Numbered from the stretch's first letter, positions 37,728 to 48,097 are shown. The stretch is 64,000 nucleotides of DNA from Eggerthellaceae bacterium (GCA_963656105.1 CAVKHW010000002.1:78436-142435); one strand, 5' to 3'. The notes: generated by a model not told the origin, from the letters alone. Program-made: numbers and translations.

Positions 37728-39002
37728 ATGCGGGTACTGATAATCAACACGAGCGAAAAGACCGGAGGCGCAGCTGTAGCTGCACACCGTTTGCTCGACA
37801 CGCTCAACAACAATGGCGTGAAGGCTAAGATGCTGGTGGCCGATAAGGTTACTGACAGTATAACGGTTGTAGAGGCACCCCGTCCGTGGCTTCGCCGCTG
37901 GAATTTCCTTTGGGAACGTTGGTGTCTGTTTTGGCATTTGCATTTCAACAGGAAGCATCTTTTCGAAATCGATATGGCCAATGCTGGTATTGATATCACA
38001 AATGTTCCCGAATTCAAAGAGGCTGATGTTATCCATTTGGCTTGGATAAATCAAGGTTTGTTGTCCCTATCGTCGATCCGCAAGATACTGGCCAGTGGTA
38101 AGCCAGTGGTGTGGACCATGCACGATTTATGGCCGGCTACAGGTATTTGCCATTTCGCCCTCGACTGCAAAGGTTATCGCGGTCAATGCCAGCGATGCAA
38201 GTTTCTGCCCCGTCACAGCACGCCGGTCGATCTCTCCACTCGCATATTCAACCGCAAACGCAAATTATACCGTGGCAGCGGCATCCATTTCGTGACATGC
38301 AGCAAGTGGCTTGGCGACCAAGCGCGCCAGAGTGCCTTGCTTTCTGGAATGCATGTCGAAACCATCCCCAATCCTATCGATACGCATGTCTATGCGCCGA
38401 GGGACAAACGTCAGGCGCGTCTTGCCGTTGGATTGCCAGAACATGGTCGCATTATCCTTTTCGTTTCGCAGCGTGTTACCATGGAGCGCAAGGGCATATC
38501 CTATCTTGTTCAGGCCATCTCCATGCTGGTAGGGCAGCACCCCGAAATGTGCCACGATACATCGGTGGCCATCTTGGGCGGTCATGCCGACGAGGTGGTG
38601 GAGCAGCTAAGACTTCCTGCGTTCCCATTAGGTTATGTCAGCGACGAGCAACAAATAGTGAACATTTACAATGCTGCCGATGTGTTTGTCATACCGTCGC
38701 TCGACGACAATCTTCCCAATACAGTCATGGAGTCGCTGGCGTGTGGAGTGCCGGCCGTAGGATTCAAGGTGGGGGGCATCCCCGAGATGATTGATCATCA
38801 GAAGAATGGCTATGTGGCGAAATACAAGGATGCCGCCGACCTGGCTGCCGGTTTGCACTGGGTGCTTAACGAGGCTGATTCCCATGCGCTCAGTCAGCAC
38901 GCATTGGCCAAGGTGCGCACTTGCTATTCGCAGCCTGCTGTAGCCATGCACTACATTGAGGTTTACAACCAGGCCATGGCTTTTAAGAACTATAACATCT
39001 GA
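37728..39002 (+). CDS. GT4-family glycosyltransferase (WcaC-like)
   Basis: GGAAVAA, KPVVWTMHDLW..TGICH, RKG, DNLPNTVMESLACGVP, GGIPEMIDH; TATCTTTG promoter at 37699-37706. Confidence 0.9.
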   Translation: MRVLIINTSEKTGGAAVAAHRLLDTLNNNGVKAKMLVADKVTDSITVVEAPRPWLRRWNFLWERWCLFWHLHFNRKHLFEIDMANAGIDITNVPEFKEADVIHLAWINQGLLSLSSIRKILASGKPVVWTMHDLWPATGICHFALDCKGYRGQCQRCKFLPRHSTPVDLSTRIFNRKRKLYRGSGIHFVTCSKWLGDQARQSALLSGMHVETIPNPIDTHVYAPRDKRQARLAVGLPEHGRIILFVSQRVTMERKGISYLVQAISMLVGQHPEMCHDTSVAILGGHADEVVEQLRLPAFPLGYVSDEQQIVNIYNAADVFVIPSLDDNLPNTVMESLACGVPAVGFKVGGIPEMIDHQKNGYVAKYKDAADLAAGLHWVLNEADSHALSQHALAKVRTCYSQPAVAMHYIEVYNQAMAFKNYNI

Positions 39003-39027
39003 TACATACCTTTGCCCCTTTTTTGGC

Positions 39028-39804
39028 ATGATAAAGTTTTCGATTATTACATGTACCTATCAGGCAGCCAGTGAGTTGCCGCGAACCCTTGAAAGTGTGC
39101 TCGGCCAGACGTATACCTATGTGGAGCATCTTATAATAGACGGGCTCTCGACCGACCGGACGGTATCAATAGCCAGCGAATACCAACGCCGTTCGGCGCA
39201 CGACACCGACGGCCATGAGGTCGTTGTTGTATCGGAGAAAGACCGTGGGCTCTACGATGCGATGAACAAGGGCATCGGCATGGCTACGGGCACCTATATC
39301 GTGTTTCTTAATGCAGGAGATGTGTTGCCTTCTTCCGACACGCTGGAGGTGATTGCCAGCAGTTTAGGCGATGGCGAACAGTTGCCTGGGGTGCTATATG
39401 GTGATACTGATATTTTGGATGCCGACGGCCATTTCCTGCGTCACCGGCGTCTGCAACCGTCCGAGCGCTTGTCGTGGCGATCGTTCAAGTATGGCATGCT
39501 GGTGTGTCACCAAGCATTCTATGCCCGTACCGACTTGGCCAAGCGCACCCTCTACGACCATTCGTACCACTATTCGGCCGATGTGGACTGGTGTATCCGC
39601 ATCATGAAAGAAGCTGAGCGTCAATCTTTGTCGCTGAAGAATGTGGGGGCTGTTATCGTGGGTTATCTCGATGGAGGCATGACGGTAAAGAACCACCGGG
39701 CTTCACTGCGTGAGCGGTTTCAGGTTATGCGACACCACTACGGATTGTTTACCACGCTGGTTATGCACGCTTGGTTTTTGCTGCGCGCCCTACTCAAGAA
39801 ATGA
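39028..39804 (+). CDS. GT2-family glycosyltransferase (WcaE-like)
   Basis: FSIIT, IIDGLSTDRT, SEKDRGLYDAMNKG, FLNAGD, HQAFY. Confidence 0.9.
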   Translation: MIKFSIITCTYQAASELPRTLESVLGQTYTYVEHLIIDGLSTDRTVSIASEYQRRSAHDTDGHEVVVVSEKDRGLYDAMNKGIGMATGTYIVFLNAGDVLPSSDTLEVIASSLGDGEQLPGVLYGDTDILDADGHFLRHRRLQPSERLSWRSFKYGMLVCHQAFYARTDLAKRTLYDHSYHYSADVDWCIRIMKEAERQSLSLKNVGAVIVGYLDGGMTVKNHRASLRERFQVMRHHYGLFTTLVMHAWFLLRALLKK

Positions 39805-39933
39805 CTTCAGCTTTTTTGCGCTTGCCTAAAGCGATTTGTTCGCGGCAGTGCGGCAGTGAGGTAAGTGTCGGTTGCTTGGTGCATTTGTGGTGTATGGCCA
39901 AACGTTCGATCATTAGCTCCATCCTGACGTAGG

Positions 39934-39989
39934 TATAACGAAAGCCCCCGCGAATCCAAACAATAGGATTTGCGGGGACTTTCGTTATA
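39934..39989. terminator. Probable bidirectional terminator
   Basis: TATAACGAAAGCCCCCGCGAATCC-N8-GGATTTGCGGGGACTTTCGTTATA. Confidence 0.7.
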
Positions 39990-40015
39990 AGGTTATGCTA
40001 TGCGATAGTCTCGGT

Positions 40016-40984
40016 TTATGAATATCTTACGATTTGTCCGGTTCTTACACGCTGGTTTTTTCTGAATCCGTTGAGTCGGTACAACTTGTCCATGTCCACA
40101 TGCAGTTTGTTGGCTATGCTCTCCAACGTTTCGCCGCTTTTCACCTTATAATATAGACGCTCGGGTGCGTTGATAGCGGCGTTGATGGTGGCTTCGGCTG
40201 TTTCGCTATGTCCAAGCTCGCCGCCCTGTACCATGTCGCGCGTGTAACCGCCGTTGCCAATTTTTCCGCGTTCGCGTGTGGCTTCAGCCGATTCGTTGTC
40301 GTAGGTGTGTTTGTTGAAGACATATTGGTCGCCCGTTACGTCCTGGTTGCGGAAGTCGAAGAGCAGTGCCGGGTTAAGTGCCACACCGCATAGGCGTGTT
40401 TCGAAATGCAAGTGCGAACCGGTGCTTCTTCCAGTGTTGCCGCCCAGTCCGATGGGTTCGCCTGCGCGCACCACTTGGTTTTCCTCCACGATCTGCTTGG
40501 AGAGGTGTCCGTAGTAAGTCTCCAGCCCGTTGGGGTGGCGTATGACGATGTATTTGCCGAATCCGCCGGGGTTGTATTTCACGATGCGCACTTTCCCAGA
40601 GAAGGCGGCGCGGATGGTGTCGCCCACATATACTTTGATATCCAGTCCCTTGTGTTGTTTGCCCCAGCGTGCACCGAAATTGCTGGTCACCACACGGCTG
40701 GGTGTGGGCATGCAGAAATGGCGTAAGTCGATGGTGAAAGTTTCGGGTAATTCGGTAGTTTTGTTGGTATAGGCGTTGCCCCATTCGTCGCCGTAGAGGT
40801 CGGCAGCCGGCGATTGTATGTTCTCTCTTTCGGCAAAAGTCTTGATTTCAATGGAATCAAGCTTTTTGGCACGTCGGTCGATGGGGGCCTGTCGGGCCAA
40901 CAAGTCTTGGCCAGCCACCGGTTCGGCTGCCAAGGCGAATAATAGTGATATTGTTAATGTCTTGATGGTTATTTTCAGCGTCAT
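40016..40984 (-). CDS. M23-family peptidoglycan DD-metalloendopeptidase with C-terminal LysM
   Basis: Signal peptide; HKGLD, YGHL, GNTGRSTGSHLHFE; YKVKSGETLESIA. TATCTTTG promoter on minus strand at 41093-41100. Confidence 0.92.
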   Translation of the reverse strand: MTLKITIKTLTISLLFALAAEPVAGQDLLARQAPIDRRAKKLDSIEIKTFAERENIQSPAADLYGDEWGNAYTNKTTELPETFTIDLRHFCMPTPSRVVTSNFGARWGKQHKGLDIKVYVGDTIRAAFSGKVRIVKYNPGGFGKYIVIRHPNGLETYYGHLSKQIVEENQVVRAGEPIGLGGNTGRSTGSHLHFETRLCGVALNPALLFDFRNQDVTGDQYVFNKHTYDNESAEATRERGKIGNGGYTRDMVQGGELGHSETAEATINAAINAPERLYYKVKSGETLESIANKLHVDMDKLYRLNGFRKNQRVRTGQIVRYS

Positions 40985-41294
40985 GAAGTTTGTCTTGTGG
41001 TTAGGTTTAGTCTTTCGAAACAGCGAGAAATGGTTATCTAGCTAGCATCATTGAGCATTAGGCTTGTTCAACGAATAATCAAAAAGACGTCGCAAAGATA
41101 ACAAAAAAACTGCAAAAACATTGTCATGTTAACACTTTTTGTTGCTAAATTAACTCAAATTGTTGCATTTTTGCCTGCAATTAACTTTTGCAAGGCATTA
41201 ATTACCATCGCTTAACGATGCTTGGTACACTTTTGGCCATGCGTTCACGTTATGTTCCGCACGATATAGCGTGGAGTGTACTTTCGGGTGTAAA

Positions 41295-41658
41295 GTAAGA
41301 TATTTTCTGCCCCCCCCCCCCTTTCCGCACTGTGTCATTTAGCGGGCCAACCTGTAGTTTTTGGCTGAAGAAATCGATGGAAAAGCGGTTTGGCGATGCG
41401 TTTTATTCATGCCGATGTTGCGATAAGCCCTGTATCGAGTTGGCTTTTGCGGTGTTTCGCGTTCCCTTTCAGCCCTTGTCGTGTCTTCGTTGGTGCCTTA
41501 TCGCAATGCGACAGGATATCTATCGCGTGAAAAACAAGATACGGAAACGTCTTTGTGGGCGTAATTATTACGTTAACCTCAGTGTATCAGCAAATTACGG
41601 AAAGTGTTTGAAAAATGCCGTATTTGCGGTCAATTGTTTGGTTATATGGAAAAAAGCC
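41295..41658 (-). repeat. Dispersed intergenic element, copy C (contains C12 tract 41310-41321)
   Basis: On minus strand: GTAA from 41598; units from 41526, 41504, 41482, 41460, 41438; TACAGG from 41356; CAGAA from 41309. Confidence 0.7.
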
Positions 41659-41741
41659 TTTTTGGGCAGTGCATTTGTTACCGAATTTCAGCATATTTAG
41701 GTATTTGTTGCCAGTGAGTAGAAAAAGGCGTTGTGCATCTG

Positions 41742-43841
41742 TCAGCTGATGGCTGCCCAGTTGATGTTGGTCTTTCGCAGTTCTTTCAGCCTTTCCCAGA
41801 GCAGTGCGTTTTCGGGTTTGTTGCAGTCGGGGTCGTTGTCTATGATGCGTTGTGCTTCGTCGCGTGCCATCTGCACGAGTTGTCCGTCGCGTGCAATGTT
41901 GGCAATCTTCAGGTCGAATGCCATACCGCTCTGTTGCGTTCCTTCCAAGTCGCCGGGGCCTCGCAGTTTAAGGTCGGCCTCGGCTATGCAGAACCCGTCG
42001 TTGGTCTGGCACATGATATCGATGCGCTTGCGCGTTTCCTGCGACAGTTCGTAGCCCGTTACAAGCAGGCAGTAGCTTTGCTTGGCGCCACGCCCCACGC
42101 GACCGCGCAACTGGTGGAGCTGCGAGAGTCCGAAGCGCTGCGCCTCCATGATGACCATGACCGAAGCGTTGGGCACGTTCACTCCTACCTCGATGACGGT
42201 GGTCGATACCAGAATTTGCGTCTCGCCGCTTACAAACTTCTGCATCTCGGCTTCCTTCTCGGCGGCCTTCATGCGGCCGTGTACTTTGCTCAGTTTGAAC
42301 TCGGGAAACACGTCGCACAGTGTCTTGTAGCCCTCTTCGAGGTTCTGCAGGTCGAGCTTGGCACTCTCCTCGATGAGCGGAAACACGAAATATACCTGCC
42401 TTCCCTCGGCAATCTGTTGGCGGATGCCGCTGTAGAGGCTGGTGGTTTGGTTGTTGTACTTGTGTAGGGTAACGATGGGTTTGCGCCCCGGTGGCAGTTC
42501 GTCGATTACGCTCACGTCGAGGTCGCCGTAGATGGTCATGGCCAATGTGCGCGGTATGGGTGTGGCCGTCATCACGAGTATGTGTGGCGGTCTTTTGCTC
42601 TTGGCCCATAGTTTTGCCCTTTGTGCCACGCCGAAACGGTGCTGCTCGTCGACGACAGCCATGCCGAGTTGTTTGAACTGCACGTTGTCCTCGATGACGG
42701 CGTGCGTGCCCACCAGTATGTCTATCGTTCCGTCGGCCAGTTCTTCGAGCACTTCCCGTCGTCGTTTACCTTTCACTATGCCCGTCAGCAGTCTTATGCG
42801 TACATCCATTCCCACCAAAAACGCCTGTAGCGTGGCCATGTGCTGCTCGGCCAGAATTTCGGTGGGAGCCATCATGCACGCCTGATAGCCGTTGTCGATG
42901 GCGATGAGCATGGCCATGAGTGCCACGAGCGTCTTGCCCGACCCCACGTCGCCTTGCAGCAGGCGGTTCATCTGCCGTCCTGAGCGCAGGTCGTCGCGTA
43001 TCTCGTGTACCACGCGTTTCTGTGCGCCCGTCAGCTCGAAAGGCAGGTTTTCACGGTAGAAATGGTTGAACGTCTCGCCCACGTGGGCGAAGATGTAGCC
43101 CTGATATTTCTTGTGGTGTTCGGTGGTGTAGCGCAGGATATTGAGCTGCACGTAGAACAGTTCTTCGAATTTCAGGCGCATTTGTGCGCGCTGCACGTCG
43201 TCGAGCGAATGTGGATAGTGTATCTTCCGCAGTGCATCCTCGCGCGAGAGGAGGTGAAGACGGCTCACTTGCGACGGCAGCAGCGTTTCGGGCAGAGCTC
43301 CTTCGGGAATCTTGCCTACCAGCGTCTTGGTGAGTTTGCCTATGGCGTGCGATGCCATGCCTTGGTTCTTCATCCGCTCCGTCGTCATGTAGTAAGGTTG
43401 CATCCCCATGTCGTTGAGACACAGGTCGGCCGCCCGTTCTATCTCGGGATGGGCAAACTGGTAGCGCCCCATGTAGGCTGTGGGCTTGCCGAAGACGATG
43501 TATTCCTCGCCCGTCTTGTATTGTTTCATGGCATACTGCCCGCCTCTGAACCACACCAGGTCGGCCACGCCGTGGCCGTCGGTGAAGTGAGCCACAATCC
43601 GCTTGTTGTGCCGGTCGGATGAAAACTGCTCGAAGCTCAGAATCTTGCCCTTGATTTGCACGAACGGCATATCGCCGCTTAGCTCGGATATGCGGTAGAC
43701 TTTGGAGCGATCCACGTATTTATAGGGATAATACTCCAAGAGGTCGCCCCATGTCTTGATGCCGAGCTGGCTGGCAAGCGTGTCTTTCCGTTGCGGTCCG
43801 ACACCCGAGAGGTACATGATGTCTTGTGAAAGGATGTCCAT
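41742..43841 (-). CDS. recG: ATP-dependent DNA helicase RecG
   Basis: MNRLLQGDVGSGKT, DEQHRFGV, MTATPIPRTL, QLHQLRGRVGRG, DLKLRGPG. Confidence 0.97.
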   Translation of the reverse strand: MDILSQDIMYLSGVGPQRKDTLASQLGIKTWGDLLEYYPYKYVDRSKVYRISELSGDMPFVQIKGKILSFEQFSSDRHNKRIVAHFTDGHGVADLVWFRGGQYAMKQYKTGEEYIVFGKPTAYMGRYQFAHPEIERAADLCLNDMGMQPYYMTTERMKNQGMASHAIGKLTKTLVGKIPEGALPETLLPSQVSRLHLLSREDALRKIHYPHSLDDVQRAQMRLKFEELFYVQLNILRYTTEHHKKYQGYIFAHVGETFNHFYRENLPFELTGAQKRVVHEIRDDLRSGRQMNRLLQGDVGSGKTLVALMAMLIAIDNGYQACMMAPTEILAEQHMATLQAFLVGMDVRIRLLTGIVKGKRRREVLEELADGTIDILVGTHAVIEDNVQFKQLGMAVVDEQHRFGVAQRAKLWAKSKRPPHILVMTATPIPRTLAMTIYGDLDVSVIDELPPGRKPIVTLHKYNNQTTSLYSGIRQQIAEGRQVYFVFPLIEESAKLDLQNLEEGYKTLCDVFPEFKLSKVHGRMKAAEKEAEMQKFVSGETQILVSTTVIEVGVNVPNASVMVIMEAQRFGLSQLHQLRGRVGRGAKQSYCLLVTGYELSQETRKRIDIMCQTNDGFCIAEADLKLRGPGDLEGTQQSGMAFDLKIANIARDGQLVQMARDEAQRIIDNDPDCNKPENALLWERLKELRKTNINWAAIS

Positions 43842-43883
43842 GAATGGTGTGAGAAAAAAGGGCGAGAGGGTGACAAGTAGCGT

Positions 43884-44555
43884 TTACCGACGACTAACGA
43901 TGAATTCGGCCAACTGCAGGTCGAACGGCGTGGTGAGCTTTATGTTCTCGCGGTTGCCTTCCACCATGTGAACTTGGCACCCCAGGTTCTCCACAACGGA
44001 TGCATCGTCGGTGAACGTGTCGCGGTAAGGCTGTGCGAAAGCTTGCTTGGCCAGCGAAATGTCGAACACTTGAGGGGTTTGCACTATGCGGTAGTCGGAG
44101 CGCGGCACGTTGCGCCCGGCACTGCTGCCACCGGTGAACCGCAGAGTGTCGGTAACCGGCATCACGGGCAGTGCGGCATACTCCTCGCGTGCGGCCTCGT
44201 AGCACCGGTCGATGGTGTCGGCCGACACAAATGGCCGCACACCGTCGTGGAAGCCCACCACACCCTCTTCGTCGGGCACGAGAGCCAGCCCGTTTCGCGA
44301 CGACTCGAAACGCGACGATCCTCCGTCGGCAATGTCGTGGGCGATGTGGAAGCCGCACTGGTTGCACAGTTGCCGCCAGTAGTCCTGCTGGTCGTGGGGC
44401 AACACCACGATGATGTGGAGCGCGGGGTCGTAGTCGTGGAAAGCCTGAATGGTGTGCATCAGCACCGGCCGGCCAGCGATGGGCAAAAACTGCTTGGGCA
44501 GATCACCGCCCATACGTGTGCCTTTGCCCCCAGCCACTATGATAATATAATCCAT
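43884..44555 (-). CDS. ispD: 2-C-methyl-D-erythritol 4-phosphate cytidylyltransferase
   Basis: VAGGKGTRMG..PKQF, HDGVRPF, QTPQVF, TDDASV, NIKLTTPFDL. Confidence 0.95.
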   Translation of the reverse strand: MDYIIIVAGGKGTRMGGDLPKQFLPIAGRPVLMHTIQAFHDYDPALHIIVVLPHDQQDYWRQLCNQCGFHIAHDIADGGSSRFESSRNGLALVPDEEGVVGFHDGVRPFVSADTIDRCYEAAREEYAALPVMPVTDTLRFTGGSSAGRNVPRSDYRIVQTPQVFDISLAKQAFAQPYRDTFTDDASVVENLGCQVHMVEGNRENIKLTTPFDLQLAEFIVSRR

Positions 44556-44566
44556 GTTGCCTCCGG

Positions 44567-45139
44567 TTAACCCTCAAGTCCCATCAGGTGGGCGTACTGC
44601 ATGTTGCGCTGCAAGGTGCGTGTGGCATCCTCGCCGATAAAATAGCTCAGTATGCGGTAGGCATACGGAAGAGTGGCTGCCGGTCCCTCGCCGGTGATGA
44701 TGTTGCCGTCTTCCTGGAAGAGCTGCGCGGTGTAGTCGGCGCCGGTCAGATATTTCTCGAAGCCAGGCGAGCAGGTGGCCTTCTTGCCATCGAGCAAACC
44801 GAGAGACCCCAGCACCATCGGCGCTGCGCAGATGGCACCTATGCGACGTCCGCCGTCGTACTGGCGTTTCAGGGCTTGGCGCACGCCCTCGTGCGCATTG
44901 AGGTTGGTGGCACCAGGCAGTCCGCCCGGAAGGAGCAGCATGTCGGCATCGGCAAAATCGCCAGCCTCTTCGAACACAAGGTCGGCCTTGACCGTGATGC
45001 CGTGCGACGACTCGGCCCATACCGAACCTGTGACGCTCACTGTTTTTACATCGACACCGCCGCGGCGAAGAATGTCGACAGGAGCCAACGCTTCGATTTC
45101 CTCAAAGCCGTTGGCGAGAAATTCGTATACTTTTGCCAT
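44567..45139 (-). CDS. DJ-1/PfpI (ThiJ/YajL-like) family protein
   Basis: GFEEIEA..PVDILRR, LPGGLPGA, AICAAP. Confidence 0.9.
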   Translation of the reverse strand: MAKVYEFLANGFEEIEALAPVDILRRGGVDVKTVSVTGSVWAESSHGITVKADLVFEEAGDFADADMLLLPGGLPGATNLNAHEGVRQALKRQYDGGRRIGAICAAPMVLGSLGLLDGKKATCSPGFEKYLTGADYTAQLFQEDGNIITGEGPAATLPYAYRILSYFIGEDATRTLQRNMQYAHLMGLEG

Positions 45140-45262
45140 GATTTGATGAATGGTTTCAATAAAAAATAGTATTTTTGCATCAAATAGTAGTTGCAAATTT
45201 ACCAATTCTTTGCCATTCTACGTCCCCTTTGGGGAGAAAAAGAAAATTATAAAACGAAAAAA

Positions 45263-46147
45263 ATGTCACAGCAGCACTTGCGGTTTGCCCTTTTCGGCAA
45301 CGAGTACCAGACAAAGACGGCAGTGGCCGTGGATCGGATCATCGACTATCTCCGTGCCCACCAAGCTGAAATCTACATCGACCGGCCTTATTACGACTTC
45401 CTGACCCGTCAGACTGGCGGCAAGGTGTGGTGTTCGGGCGTGTTCGACGACTATAATTTCGATGTCGATTTCGCCGTGTCGCTGGGAGGCGACGGCACCT
45501 TCCTGCGTGCTGCCAACAGGGTGGGGGCAAAGGGTATCCCCATTCTTGGCGTCAACATGGGACGTCTGGGATTTCTGGCCGACGTGCTTCCCACGGAGGT
45601 GGAGAAAGCCCTCGACGAAATCTATACCGGTCAATACAAGACCGAGCAACACGCCGTCATCATGATAGAGGCCGACGGCGAGCCTATCGAGGGCAGTCCT
45701 TATGCCCTCAACGACATAGCCTTGCTGAAGCGCGACGATGCCGCCATGATTACCGTGCGTTGTAGCGTAGACGGTCAGTATCTCGTGACCTATCAGGCCG
45801 ACGGACTTATCGTCTCCACGCCGACAGGTTCCACGGCCTATAACCTCTCCAACGGCGGACCGGTCATCGTGCCCTCGGCCAACATCCTCTGCCTTACGCC
45901 CGTGGCACCACATAGTCTAAACATACGCCCGATCGTGGTCAATGACGACAGTGTGATTGAGCTCCAAGTGGAGAGTCGCAGCCATAACTTTCTGGCAGCC
46001 ATCGACGGACGGTCGGAGAAACTGCGCGAGGGAACAAAGGTTACCATCCGCCGCGCACCTTACAAAACGAAAATAGTGAAGCGGCCTTCGTCACATTATT
46101 TCTCCACACTACGCGACAAACTGATGTGGGGTTTCGACCAACGCTAA
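45263..46147 (+). CDS. nadK: NAD kinase
   Basis: LGGDGTFL, GVNMGRLGFL, ALND, DGLIVSTPTGSTAYNLSNGGP. Confidence 0.95.
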   Translation: MSQQHLRFALFGNEYQTKTAVAVDRIIDYLRAHQAEIYIDRPYYDFLTRQTGGKVWCSGVFDDYNFDVDFAVSLGGDGTFLRAANRVGAKGIPILGVNMGRLGFLADVLPTEVEKALDEIYTGQYKTEQHAVIMIEADGEPIEGSPYALNDIALLKRDDAAMITVRCSVDGQYLVTYQADGLIVSTPTGSTAYNLSNGGPVIVPSANILCLTPVAPHSLNIRPIVVNDDSVIELQVESRSHNFLAAIDGRSEKLREGTKVTIRRAPYKTKIVKRPSSHYFSTLRDKLMWGFDQR

Positions 46148-46186
46148 CTTCTGGCAAGTCATCCCCACCCTCATTTGCTCATACAC

Positions 46187-47857
46187 ATGAACATCAAGAA
46201 ACTGCTGAAGATTCCACCATCGCAATATTCCGCCACCGACATCCTCAGATGGTTGTGGGCGGCATGGCGCGGCAACCGCCTGCAGGCCTCAATCAACGCA
46301 CTTATCGGACTGGCTTCGGTTGGCGTGTCGCTATGCCAGGTATGGGCCGTACAGCGAGCCATTGATGTGGCATCGGGCGCACGGCCCGGAACAGTTTATA
46401 CGGCTGTGGCACTGATGGGGGCACTGATTCTCTGCGACTTTGCACTGAACGTTGCCAGCACTTGGGTGCGCAACATACTCGGCGTGAAAGCACAGAACCG
46501 CATGCAGCAGCGCATGCTCGACCGTATATTGCGCTCGGAATGGAACGGGCGCAACCGCCACCACTCGGGCGATGTGCTCAATCGTCTGGAATTCGACGTG
46601 AACAATGTGGTGGGGTTCCTCACCGAGACCATACCGTCGACCCTCTCGGTCGTGGCCATGTTTGTAGGCGCATTCTGCTATCTGCTATCCATGGATGTGG
46701 TGTTGGCTCTGGTCACGGTGGCCATCCTGCCCGTCTTTATCGCCTTCAGCAAGATATATGTGGGGCAAATGCGCCGGCTGACACGCCAGGTGCGCTCGTC
46801 CGACTCGAAAGTGCAGAGCGTATTGCAGGAAACCATACAACACCGCATGCTCATCAAAACCCTTGAGAGCAACGACGTTATGGTGGGTCGACTGGAAGAC
46901 ACGCAGCGCGAATTGCGGCACAAGGTGGTCAGACGCACCGCGTTCTCGGTGTTCAGCAACCTCGTGCTCAACTTCGGCTTTGCTCTGGGATACCTCGTGG
47001 CTTTTCTCTGGGCTGCCGTCCGTATGTCCGAAAAGACACTTACCTTTGGCGGAATGACGGCTTTCCTGCAGCTGGTAAACCGCATACAAAGCCCAGCGCG
47101 GTCGTTGACAAAACTGGTGCCGGCCTTCGTGTCGGTCTTCACCGCAGCCGAACGGCTCATGGAACTCGAAGAGAACCCACTGGAGGAACAGGGCGACCCC
47201 GTCCGGCTGGCAAAACCTTGCGGTGTGCGGTTGGAAGGGGTGAGTTATGCCTACGATGCTGCCGATGGGCTGGTTCTCAGCAATCTCAGCTTCGATTTCC
47301 GTCCCGGTTCATGTACGGCCGTGCTGGGCGAGACCGGAGCCGGAAAGACTACGCTCATCAGACTCATACTGGCTCTCCTGCGGCCGCAGCAAGGACGGAT
47401 CGTCGTTTACACCGGCGCGACCACTCGCGAACTGTCGCCCCGCACGCGCTGCAACTTTGTTTATGTGCCGCAAGGCAACACACTGATGAGCGGAACCATC
47501 CGCGAAAACCTCCGGTTGGGCAAGCTCGATGCCACCGACGATGAGATGCGCGAGGCTCTCAGCAAGAGTTGCGCCGACTTCGTCATGCAACTTCCCGATG
47601 GGCTCGATACCCTATGCAGTGAGGCGGGCGGCGGACTCTCCGAAGGGCAGGCACAGCGCATAGCCATAGCGCGGGCCTTGTTGCGCAACAGGGCGGTGAT
47701 GCTCTTCGATGAGGCCACGTCGGCTCTCGATTCCGAAACCGAGCGGCAACTGCTCCACAATATCCTTGCCGCACACGACAAGACGGTTATCTTTGTAACC
47801 CACCGACCTGCAGTGGTCGACTATTGCGACCAAACGCTACGGGTGGACAAACTTTAA
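46187..47857 (+). CDS. ABC exporter, fused permease/ATPase
   Basis: TM domain, then GETGAGKTT, LSEGQAQRIAIARA, FDEATSALD, VTH. Confidence 0.9.
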   Translation: MNIKKLLKIPPSQYSATDILRWLWAAWRGNRLQASINALIGLASVGVSLCQVWAVQRAIDVASGARPGTVYTAVALMGALILCDFALNVASTWVRNILGVKAQNRMQQRMLDRILRSEWNGRNRHHSGDVLNRLEFDVNNVVGFLTETIPSTLSVVAMFVGAFCYLLSMDVVLALVTVAILPVFIAFSKIYVGQMRRLTRQVRSSDSKVQSVLQETIQHRMLIKTLESNDVMVGRLEDTQRELRHKVVRRTAFSVFSNLVLNFGFALGYLVAFLWAAVRMSEKTLTFGGMTAFLQLVNRIQSPARSLTKLVPAFVSVFTAAERLMELEENPLEEQGDPVRLAKPCGVRLEGVSYAYDAADGLVLSNLSFDFRPGSCTAVLGETGAGKTTLIRLILALLRPQQGRIVVYTGATTRELSPRTRCNFVYVPQGNTLMSGTIRENLRLGKLDATDDEMREALSKSCADFVMQLPDGLDTLCSEAGGGLSEGQAQRIAIARALLRNRAVMLFDEATSALDSETERQLLHNILAAHDKTVIFVTHRPAVVDYCDQTLRVDKL

Positions 47858-48097
47858 CCAAAGCCGAAAAACACCATCTCGTCCAGCCGTGCGAAACGGC
47901 TTGATTGCCGGATATATGACTACGGTCATCGGTTTGCTCACTTCCGTAAACTGCAATTTTCTGAAAACTTGTGCACATTCAGTGAATATTCAATTTCTTT
48001 TTCCTAACTTTGCATAAAATAGATTGCTCTCGTGAACGAGAAAATGGTGTTGCGCGACAAACGAATCTGCCGTCAGCACAATAGTAAGAAACATGAT

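Noticed and set aside
40985..41090. Riboswitch in the ~100-nt leader of the M23 peptidase gene
   Set aside because: No recognisable aptamer consensus or terminator/antiterminator pair by eye.
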